Part shown: piece after piece, positions 26,742 to 37,296 of the stretch
Position numbering within the stretch: position 1 is the stretch's first letter
Layout: every line of letters starts with the position of its first letter
Origin: Pseudovirgaria hyperparasitica
Lineage: Eukaryota
NCBI GenBank assembly: GCA_010093815.1
Contig: ML996597.1
Reading direction: 5' to 3' (one strand)
DNA: 64,000 nt
The notes under the pieces: generated by a model
The model's input: only the letters and a program-made list of their open reading frames with translations
Databases searched by the model: none
What the model was told of the DNA's origin: nothing
Made by a program: the position numbers and the translations under genes

Positions 26742-27475
26742 TTAGGCCATGACTCGCCTGACTTCTTCGCTGTCTATGTGTACGACCCTCACGCCTTGTT
26801 TCTCTATCTCGGCATAACAGTTTTCCAACCTTTCCTGGTCCACAGCTTTCGTTCCCTCTCTGATGATGTATGTCTCGAATCCCTCCTTTACACTATCCAG
26901 TGCTGTATACTTGACGCAATAGTCCGCAGCTAGACCCACGCAGTACACATGGGTGACCCCTTTCGCTCTCAGCAAGTCTGCAGCCTCACTCTTCGCTACG
27001 CCAAATGGATCGCAGAACACACTGTACATTTCCAATCGAGCATCCTGGCCCTTCCTTACCACTTGAACGTTGGACACATCAAGCTCTGATACGAACTGGT
27101 TGCCAAGGGTGCCTTGAATGCAATGGTCTGGCCAGACACGCGAGACCTGTGTTTGGGACGGGTTGAGCGGATTTGTGATTGTAATAGTGCTTTCAAAGGG
27201 TACGTTGTTGGGTGGTGCATGCTGTGAGGCGAAGGAGATGTGGTTTGGAGGATGATCATCTTTTGTTGCGATGCGCAAGGCGAATGAAGGTGAGGAGAGG
27301 AGGGTATTGATAAGGGGAATGATGGTGCGGCCATCTGACACTTGAAGAGCACCGGACTGAGACTTAAAGTTAGAGACGGCTGTACTGGGGTGATGTGTGC
27401 ACAAACTGGTGGGCAGAAGTCTTCTTGCATATCGATGACAAGTAGAGCTGGGACAAATGCATTTGAGGATGCCAT
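26742..27475 (-). CDS. PNC1: Nicotinamidase/pyrazinamidase (isochorismatase family)
   Basis: IDMQEDFCPP|SGAL, TKDDHP..H, WPDHC, RKG and GLAADYCV (D-K-C triad). One intron after FCPP. Confidence 0.85.
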
Positions 27476-27843
27476 TATAGAAGTGAAGATTGCAGTGTTC
27501 AAAGGGAGTGAGAACAAGTGGTGGCTTGATATTAATACTAGTGTTCCTCTGATATCAGCGCCTCTGTTTGTGAGTACGAGGATAGTTACATGTTAGTGTG
27601 AATGATGTATCGAAGAAGTGAATGAAGTCAAGGTTCCGCGTCTATCGATAGCCCAGTCCCACTATCATTCATAGAGGCGTCTATGTGGGGTATTTCCTGT
27701 ACCGACGCGAAATATCTCAGAACATCCGAATGCTTTCAACGACCCACAGCTCAATGTTCGCGTCGCCTTGCACTCAATGTAATTAATTGTATATTCTCAT
27801 CACCTCATCGACTCCTCCACGCCCGCCCCCGCCCTCTCCTTTG

Positions 27844-29644
27844 ATGTGTGGCATCTTTGTTTCTTTGAGCGCTACAGCTCCTCCCGCAAAACCTAATGCT
27901 GACATCAGTGAGTTGTTGCGCCGGCGCGGTCCAGACAGCGTGGAAGATCATGTGGTGACTATACCGAACGAAAATTTTACACTGTACGCGTATTTCTTGA
28001 CAACAGTTCTCTCACTTCGGGGATCCGATATCGTGGCCCAGCCACTCGTCGACAGGGCTTCTGGGTCTGTTCTCTGCTGGAATGGAGAAGCGTGGAGCAT
28101 ACGTGATGAGATAGTGGCCGAGAGTGACACAACCAAAGTATTCCAGTCCCTTTTAGCAGCAAGTCTGGCAAATGCGAGAGCTCGAGCAACCACTGATGAT
28201 CACAACGATGCCATATTGGGCGTCCTGTCGTCTGTACGCGGGCCTTATGCACTGGTATTCTACGACGCTGCCAGTGGCCGCCTGTACTTCGGTCGAGACT
28301 GCCTTGGTCGCCGATCTCTGCTCTATTGTTCTGACACTGTAGGTGAGATTACAATATCTAGCTTGACCGACAGTCAATTTTCAGGCCGCTTTCATGAAGT
28401 CGAAGCCGACGGCCTTCGTGTCATAGATTTATCAAGACCGTCAAAGGAGTTTGTCATTAACCGTATTCCATATGACCACAAGTCAGACTCGCCGCAGGTT
28501 GTGGTTCTATACCCACACAAATGCATCATATGCTAACATATATGTCAGAAACTTCCATTCGGACCCCTCAACAAGGCTCACCCAACTGCAGATCAAACTC
28601 TCTCTGCTCTCACGATCGCGTCAGCCCCGGTACACGATCTGGAGCGTGTCTTACGTCAATCTTTGAGTTTGCGTGTGCAGAAGATTAAGGCCGGTCCTTC
28701 TGTCGAGGCTGATACAGGCCAGTGTATTCTAGCGATTTTGTTTTCAGGGGGGCTTGATTGCTCTGTAATTGCCAGAATGACTCATGATTTACTGGATGAA
28801 TCAGAGCCTGTCGATCTCCTCAATGTAGCATTCCACAATCCTCGGACTCATAAACCTGCCGAGCCGGGTCAGGAACTCACCAAAACATCATACGAGCTGT
28901 GTCCTGACCGCCTCACTGGCCGAAAAACATTTGCTGAACTACAGCGTGTATGTCCGAGCCGCACCTGGCGTTTTGTGGCCATCAATATCCCATACGAAGA
29001 TACACTATCTCATCGCGAGCTGGTGAAGAAGCTCATGCAGCCACATAATACCGAGATGGATCTATCGATCTCTTACGCTCTATACTTTGCGTCCAGAGGT
29101 ATTGGCACCGCGTACAACTCTAACGGTTCCGTCATACAAGACTATTCGACCTCTGCGCGGGTACTCCTCTCGGGACTGGGCGCCGATGAGTTATTCGGAG
29201 GATATCAGCGTCACGCGACAGCGTATTCTCGATCAGGCTTTCCAGGGCTACTGGATGAGCTTGAGCTGGATGTCAATCGCCTCGGTAAACGCAATCTTGG
29301 CCGCGATGATAGAGTTATATCGCATTGGGGCAAGGAAGCTAGGTTTCCCTATCTTGACGAAGACGTAATGAGTTGGGCTCTTTCGGCTCCAATATGGCAG
29401 AAGTGTGGATTTGGTCTTCCGGAGAGCCCATCGTCGGAAGATCAAGCCCTGGAGCCTGGAAAATTGGTATTACGGCTTCTTGCAGCGAGACTAGGCATGA
29501 CCGGCGTTGCATCTGAGAAGAAGCGGGCGGTAGGCTCTACTTGCTGTTGGATCAAAGACAAAGCTGATCAGGCAGATTCAATTCGGTGCAAGGACGGCGA
29601 AGATGGAGAACAACAAAAGCAAAGGCACCCATGTGCTGTCATGA
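27844..29644 (+). CDS. Asparagine synthetase domain-containing protein (ASNSD1/YML096W-like)
   Basis: N-terminal MCGIF (Ntn Cys2), RRGPD, WNGE, GRDCLGRRSL, LFSGGLDC, GLGADELFGGY, RNLGRDDR and KKRA|IQFG. Introns ~28499-28548 and 29530-29575. Confidence 0.9.
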
Positions 29645-30020
29645 AAGCCACTCAACTCTGTAAGTGCCCATATGTCTCATAGGTCTCGGCGTTTGGTGGT
29701 TAGCGATGATGACGGGCGAAATTCGCCAGCAGATACTTGTGAGGTAAAAGTTCATCTCATGACGGTGTGTATGTTCCTGCACTCTGTGTTTTCGACTCTC
29801 GTCAGTCAACCGGGTGAGGGAAATCCGCTGTTGTGGGAATTGACATACCTATGATCCAGAAAAGGCAAGTCTGAGCTACATCCTAATCAAACGGCAGCGG
29901 ATTTGACCGTGATTGTCATGAAGATGCAAATAATTAGTTTTGTTTGCCTGTGTTGACTGACACGTAAACTTCGAATGTGTCACAGAAGCAACGAAACCAT
30001 GCCATCCATGTGCGGCCTAT

Positions 30021-30048
30021 CACTGCAAGTCACTGCAAGACACTGCAA
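30021..30048. repeat. Tandem 10-bp repeat CACTGCAAG-N x3
   Basis: cactgcaagtcactgcaagacactgcaa seen directly. Confidence 0.6.
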
Positions 30049-30932
30049 CTAGCAGATACCAGAATGAGCTGGAGGCTCCTATCATGATGAGGTACTTCAA
30101 GACCTTCCTTTCGCGTAAGTGTTGTACTAGTAAAGTATGCCTAGTAATGTCTGATTTTGTTATAGGAAGCGAAGTGTTTGAGATGCACAATACCTAGCTG
30201 GTTCCCGTTTGTATGGAACCTTCATTACCTACTTACCTTAAAGCTCACGCGAGATGGGAGTATATCTAGGTGTGACCCTGGTGTTGCCATTGATAGCCTC
30301 CAGTATAAGTGCCAGAAGCACAACAGTAAGCTCAGCATGGTCCCTTGATCATGCAACATTCGCCTAATTTCTCTCATCAAAGTGCAATGTATCCGACCTT
30401 CACTGCTGCTCTGACCATTGCTGACTATCCCCAAATACCAGACAGAGTCCTTGGGGATATTGCCAGTGGCACGAAATCAAGTGTCTGGTCAAATGCACTA
30501 CCTATGGAGGCGCATTGGAAAACGAAGGGTCACACTACTTTGTTTGATCGGAAGTTTGTTGTTCAGATGGTCGAGGGAAGTGGTCTATAGGTATAAGCAA
30601 CATACGTGCGATACCTTCAGATAGCCAAATGCGCCATCTTCAAGCCTCTCCATCGTCTTCTTCTTGCCTCTATCACATGCTCGTACACGTTCTATCATGG
30701 CGTGCTGATATGTACCGGTATTTTAGCGTGTCGACCCCGACTTCCATTACTAGCTCCGATTCCTATCTTATCTCCTTGAACTACTACTCTACTAGGTAAT
30801 AGTTCGTGATACAGCGACAGTCTCAAATCATCTGAATGGCGACGCTCCCGCGGCCTTTGCGACTGTCTTCTTCCCCTCAGACACAACTTCAACCTCCTTG
30901 AAGACCACAGACCCTATCAACGGTCTCCCACC

Positions 30933-31523
30933 ATGTCCCAACGACTCGAAAAAGCCCTTGCGGCAATCGATGCTGCCCACTCAAACGACCCGACCAAGAC
31001 GATCATCAACGGCGAAGCAGTCCCATACGAGCTACTTTACGCACAGAAGATGACCAAGTACCTGCACCAGCTAAGCTCTACGCCCTCGGAAGAGCTCCAA
31101 CTCGCGATCCGCGCACAGCACTTCCGCCGATGGGAAGTCCCGCGCTCATCCTACCCAATGACGAAGATAGGCTACCACAGTTGGCGGACATACCTCAAGA
31201 AACGACAAGCCGAGCTTGTGGCGCCGATCTGTCGCGATGCGGAATACAGCAAGGAGTCGGTGGAGCGCATCGAGGCTCTGATCAAGAAGGAGGGCTTGAA
31301 CAAGGGCGAGGAAGAGGTGCAGATTCTGGAAGATGTGGCGTGCTTGGTGTTTCTGGACGATCAGTTTGATGAGTTTGAGAAGGAGCATGATGAGGACAAG
31401 ATTGTGGGCATTCTGCGGAAGACGTGGGGGAAGATGGGGTCGCTGGGAAGAAGCGCGGCGTTGGAGATGCAGATGAGTGGGAGGGCGAAGGAGTTGGTTG
31501 GGAAGGCGCTTGAGGGGAATTGA
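30933..31523 (+). CDS. DUF4202-family protein
   Basis: Intronless, 196 aa. IDAAH..DP, ELLYA.KM, RAQHFRRW..PR..YP, GY..WR, LEDVACLVFL and KTW.KM pattern recalled as DUF4202. Confidence 0.75.
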   Translation: MSQRLEKALAAIDAAHSNDPTKTIINGEAVPYELLYAQKMTKYLHQLSSTPSEELQLAIRAQHFRRWEVPRSSYPMTKIGYHSWRTYLKKRQAELVAPICRDAEYSKESVERIEALIKKEGLNKGEEEVQILEDVACLVFLDDQFDEFEKEHDEDKIVGILRKTWGKMGSLGRSAALEMQMSGRAKELVGKALEGN

Positions 31524-31821
31524 TGGTTTGGTAAGGATAGCATCATGAGGGATCAGAGTAACATTGACGGTTGAAGCTTCTCTCAACCTGACTGATGGTG
31601 TGAATATGCGATGTCAGCCAATCCATCGAACATGTGTCAGTCCCAGGATAGCGGTTAAATCCAGTTCTAGAGTTATCACTAAAATGATCCAGCCGACGAA
31701 TACTACGAGTAGTTGCCAATATATACTCTATTCATTACGTGGTTAGTGACAGACCACTGCAAGCTCTTACCAGCATCGACCTGGCCAAGCGAACAGAAAT
31801 GACCAACCAGCAGAACTAATA

Positions 31822-33374
31822 TCAAAAGCTCAAAACTTGCGTAAAGAATGGACTCGCTTCCGGAAGCCTCTTGCACAAGAAATCCGGCGCGTACGACTCC
31901 AACTTCTCCGTCTCGTAGTTCCCCGTCGCCACCGCAACGACTCTGCACCCGGTCTCCTTCGCACACTGGATGTCTAGCGGCGTGTCCCCGACGATGGTGA
32001 CATCCGAAGGCGCGACTGGGATCCCGTGTCGAGCCTGCATCTTCCGTATTGAGTCCAGCACCAGCGCGGACCGGTGCTCGTGCGCGTCACCAAAGGACGA
32101 GATCTCTAGGTCGAAGATATCTGTGGGGAGACCTGCGGCAGAGATCTTGAGCAGTGCATTCTCGCGCGAATTGCCGGTCAGCAGACCGATTGAGACTCGT
32201 CGGCCGAATTTGTCGCGCTGTTGGGGAAGCCACTTGAGTGCCTCGGACACTTGCGGGCAGGCAATTGAGGTGAAGCCCTTTCCAAGTGATTCTCGGAGGT
32301 ACGAGGGGTGCAGCTCGAAAAACTTGGTCATCAATGGCTGGATCTCATCCTCGCCGAAGCCGTGGTAGCTTAAGATGGCGCGCAGCAGTGATCTATCGGT
32401 CACACCATGGAGGTTGATATCCGTGTTTTCGTTGTTGATGTCTTTGCCTGTGATGTCACTGACGCAGCGATAGTAAGCGTCGATACTCAGGTCTTCAGAG
32501 CGGCAGAGCGTGCCGTCGACGTCGAAGAGAACGAACATGTCTGCCTCGGCAGCGTGTGGCCAGGCGAGGACACGGAGGAGCTCTCTCGATCCAGTGAATG
32601 AGGTGCGGCCGTGAAGGAAGCGATGATTGTCGACGATGTAGCACTGGCCGGGCTCGAGTGAAACAGCAAAGGCGTGCTTGTAGACTATATCGCTGAGCTT
32701 CTTGAAGTTCTCAACGAGAGATGCTGACATCTGAATGCCGTCGTCGAACCGGAAACGTACTATATCAGTTTTCTCGTCGTAGATGGGCCTTGGCTGAAAG
32801 GTGCCGTTGTCAGCTTTGAAGCTAGAGTATTTAGCACAGGTGATGAGGCTGTATAGGAGCGGCTCATGTTGGCGAATGTAGTCGAGAGCTTGGCGTGTAT
32901 CTACGAGCGCTGATTCGCCCCCAGTTTCGGATTTGACCTTCAGTGTAGTCATGAGCACTGGATTGGGACTTAGCTAAGCTACGACGTCATAATTCGAAGG
33001 TACAAAGGAGTACTGACAACGTGGGGGTTCATCCCATCCACTACGATCGGTGTGGAAGAATAGTTCTAAGTACCAGCGTTAGTCACTCAGAGGCGTTAGT
33101 TAGATGGTCGGTCGAATCTACCTTGATTGCTATACCCTTTGCCTTCTAGGCCTGGAGCACAACGGATGTTACTGACTCCTCTTCCACCTGCCAGCTCATT
33201 GCGAGGCCGAGCAATTGTGCCCAAATTCTCTCCGAGAGCAACGAGTTTGTCTTCATCACAATTTTGGAGAAAGACCATTCCATCGCGATAGAATGCCTTT
33301 CTGATTCCGTCAAGATCAAGTGTGTCATGAAAATCAGGGGTATAGAACCCTCGGAGGCAGTCCTTGACGTCCAT
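31822..33374 (-). CDS. Fusion of TauD/TfdA-like Fe(II)/2-oxoglutarate dioxygenase and HAD-superfamily phosphatase (478 aa)
   Basis: Exons 33374-33122, 33065-33018 and 32957-31822 total 1437 nt in frame. N-domain: LFFHTD (HxD), GGES.LVD, DNHRFLHGR...R. C-domain: FDVDGTL (motif I), LTGN (motif II), VGDTPLD (motif IV). Confidence 0.85.
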
Positions 33375-35043
33375 TGTTGTGCTTATATACAAGATATTGA
33401 ATGTCAGGGTTTTAGTAATACCCTAGGAATTATGAAAGGGGATAATGTTACTGATAACTGGGATATATACCGGAGCCTTTGACCATCCGTCCCATATTAT
33501 ATACTCTGCACCTAAATGGGATGTCCAACTTGTTGAAATCCAATGGAAAGGTGGCCAACGAGCAAACCACCTTCTTCATCCGTTCGACCATCCGACTATT
33601 ACGTTGAGGCGTTCGAGCTCGCTACTTGCTTTGCCCGATCGCCATAGCCCGTCCTATTCTGCATTACCAGGGTAGACGAGGGTATTGTCTTGAAAATCCA
33701 ATGAACTGCCAGGATATCGTACTGCCGTGCGCCATTGATAGGTTTTCTCTGAGCGAGATCCAGTTGGCGATAGAGCTTATGCTAGTGAGCAGGTAATTTT
33801 CCCGTTTGTATGGTCTTAGAATGAGATTCGCGGGACTATACGACGAAAACATTCGTCATAGTCGTTCACTTCGTCTAAAGATCAAGAGAAGCGCAACCGA
33901 TCGGACGGAATGTACCCCACGTCCCGGACGAAGTTCAGCTAACGATTGACCTGCACATGCAGCTTGATTTCGAGGGGGGAAACAGACCATCATAGCCCAT
34001 CAAAGAGCCATCATGAGCCTGTAACCACCCGGTTGGGGCAGCACTATTCCATACTAGAACTTGCTCCTGAGGTCTTAATAGCCCATCCGTTCCCGAAGAC
34101 CTAGTCGTCATAGTCATGATGTCGATTTGCAGGGTCACTCATAATAGCTTGTACAAATGCCGATAATAGCATGCCTGGAATAGAGCTAAATGTAGACCGG
34201 GGGCGAACGTTTCGAGCGGGCCGTTCTGTACCCCCTTTCCTGTGGTTCATCTTCGCGCTGGTCTCAACGGTTATGCCGAATTAGGTGATCTGTAGCGAAT
34301 GAACAGAGCTCGGAGTGGATGCCAAAGTCCTGCTGGATGTGTCAGCTATATCTGAATTTCGAGGTCTCATAGTCGAAAGATATGCAAAGTGCTTTGCAGA
34401 TGTCGTATACCTTCCATAGTAGAGCGATAATAATGTAAGATTTATGTCTCAGTGCAGGGAAAGTACATGTGGCGGCACCGTCAAGACGACCGTAGTATAC
34501 GATTTAGGAAGGCATTGCGTGATTTTCGTCAATAATTCGCGAATATTACATTATTGTGCCGAAGTATGAGGTTGAAAAGTAGAATAATGGGCGTTGGCAA
34601 ACAGGACAAACTGACGGATGGCTGCAAACTTAGCACCGGTAGCTCAGGGACGGGCCTACGCCACAAGCGAGAACAATTCGGAACCTACCCAAATGCCCTG
34701 TCCAGCCGTGATCGATATTTGTTCCACGTTGTTGGATTAGGGTGGTCGCTGGGTGTTGAGTCGGAAGCCGCTTACGGCATAGAACTACTAGACGAGGCGG
34801 CGCTGATCAGATGCGACATGAACAGATCCTCTCCTTTTTCCGTAACGCTCGCTCTTAAGATCATCTCTTTAGCGAAAGAACCCCACAGCAGAATGCAACG
34901 TCTCATCGAGACACCGAGTTTGGTGAGAACCGTAATGGTAACTGTAGCTAGCTTAGATGGTAAATGTAAGCCCTATTAGTACGACTGGATACCGCAGAAA
35001 TGTGTCCCACGAGAGGTCTTTTTCCATATATTAAAATCTTAGT

Positions 35044-36775
35044 ATGGCCAATAATGCAAATTTTCGCACTCTGGCCGTGGGGGCCCATGTTTCGCTGGCC
35101 GGTTTCCTCTATGGACTTGACACAGGTGTGCATGGCGAAGGCAGCCGCTGTGATGCTCTATAGCAGCCTTTCTGACAACTGGTAGGTTCTATAGGCCCAA
35201 TCACCGAGATGGATCAATTCAGAAACTCAATAGCAAACCTGTCCTCCGGTCAGCAGGGTATCTTTGTTGCATCTATCCTACTTGCCTCATCGGTCTCATC
35301 GTTGCTGAGTGGTCATGTCGCAGACATTGTCTCTCGTCGATATGGCATACTCATTGGCGGATTGTTGAGTTTGACTGGCACACTTCTCTCATCCGTATCT
35401 CAAAACTTCGCCTCTCTAATCGTTGCTCGTCTGATCACTGGATTCGGATTAGGTCAGGCTATTGCAGTCACTACTGTATACTTGATTGAGATAGCGCCCA
35501 AGAGCATACGAGGGGTGACGGCATGTATGCTGCAGACCAATGTTGTGGTCGGTATCACCGTAGGCTACTTTGTCTCTTTCGGCTCGCAGGAGTTGCAGAG
35601 CACTCTCGCGTGGCGAACGCCTTTCATACTTCAAGCATGTTTCGCACTCGTCCTGACTATCGGCATGTTCTTTCTTCCGTATTCCCCGAGATGGCTTGTC
35701 CAGAAGGGCCGCATTGAAGAAGCAAGGGTCGTTTTGGCACGGTATCGAAGTCATGAAGTCGTAGAAGCAGAGCTAGAAGAGGTACAGGCTGGCCTATCGT
35801 CACATAGTCTTGAGAAGACAGCTGGCTGGTTAGAGATGTTCGAAAAGAGATATCGTGGTCGTACCATGTTAGGTATTTTCTTAATGGGTTGCCAACAGCT
35901 TACAGGTGTAAGTTGGATACTGAAAGTTTTCTCACGCTATAGTTCACACGCAACAGATCGACGTCGTGCTGTACTACGCTCCCATCCTGTTCCAACAGGC
36001 TGGTTTCGATTCTGAGAGAGCTTCTTTCCTCGCTTCGGGAGTAAGTGGCATTGTCATGCTAGTTGCTACAGTCCCAGCTCAGATATGGATTGATCGGTGG
36101 GGTCGGCGTAAGCCCTTGATCATCGGCGGGTCTTTGATGGCCGCTTGCTTCATTGTTATTGGAGTGATTTACGCTAGATATGGCACACGTGTTGAGAAAG
36201 GAGTTCGCTTGGAGTCGAGGGTCGGTCAATGGTAAGAACCTGTGTCCTCGGGCATCACTTCTCCTTGCCAACAGAGCATTGCGGTTTCTATCGCAACAGC
36301 TAATGCGATTCTAGGGTAGTCACAGTGTTGACCTACGTATTTGTAGCAAACTTCTCCTGGTCATGGGCAGTGGTAAGAATGCCCAAGTTCGAGGAATTCA
36401 TTGCGATTTAGCTGACATAATACCTGATAGGTCGGCAAGATCTATGCGTGTGAGATTATTCCCACGCGACTCAGGGCCAAAGTGTCGGCGGTTGAATTAC
36501 TGACGAATTGGTTGGTGAACTTCGCGGTAGCATTGACAGCACCGCTTTTCTTACGCAGCTCACCCAGCGGACCCTACTTTCTCTACGGTGGTGCTACATT
36601 AGTTGCCGCAGCCGTGTGTATCGGCATGCCGGAAACCAAAGGTCGGAGTCTCGAGGAAATCGAGTTTGAGTTTGAGAATGGATCCCTTTGGAGGCGCATC
36701 ACATTGCAGAGTAACAAAAATAGGAGCACGCTGGTCGCGAATGAATCAATTGAACGCGACTTGTCGGAAAGATGA
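35044..36775 (+). CDS. MFS sugar porter (SP family) transporter
   Basis: GFLYGLDTG, D..SRR, RLITG, EIAP...RG, PYSPRWL, QQLTG|IDVVLYY, DRWGRR, EIIPTRLR and PETKGRSLEE. Introns 35126-35185, 35908-35956, 36232-36314 and 36373-36430. Confidence 0.9.
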
Positions 36776-37296
36776 ATGCGAGCAAATAGAATGAATGGTA
36801 CTAAACCTGTAAGCAGGAGTTGCATCGACGCAGTAGTGGTGGTGCCGCACGTCTAATGACTACAATCGACGGTGTTAGATGATAGTCAAGTCATCAACGA
36901 TATAAGAGGCAGACTTCAGACCGATGTTGTAGGGGTAAAGGGGTAAAGACATGGGATGATGTATGGATGAAACGATATCACCTCAGTGCTGCACTCAATC
37001 TATGGAGCCCCTAAGCCCTGCTCCCTAGCTTCTGTATGTCTGTCCTAATGATAGTCTATGGAGTCACTGTGTGTCTATATCCGGCTTAGTCTGTACACTG
37101 TCAGCGAGTTGTCACCCTCAAATATTATCTTACCGGTAACATTACTCTGTGACATCGCGTGCAATCCCTCCTCTTCCCAACATGAGCATTTGAATTATTC
37201 AAAGAAGCAGAAAGGTGGAACATAACAACACGTCCAATACAACGCACATGCAGCCCGTTCCATCACCAGCAGCGCGTCATTGGCGCCCAGAGCGCC

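Noticed and set aside
22946..27475. P450 next to PP2C and nicotinamidase as a possible secondary-metabolite cluster
   Set aside because: No backbone enzyme (PKS/NRPS/terpene synthase), transporter or TF nearby, and the neighbours are housekeeping-type.
29976..30600. Intron-like GTAAGT...TAG at ~30115-30165 and small ORFs between ASNSD1 and DUF4202
   Set aside because: Splicing yields only very short peptides, and there is no homology signal.
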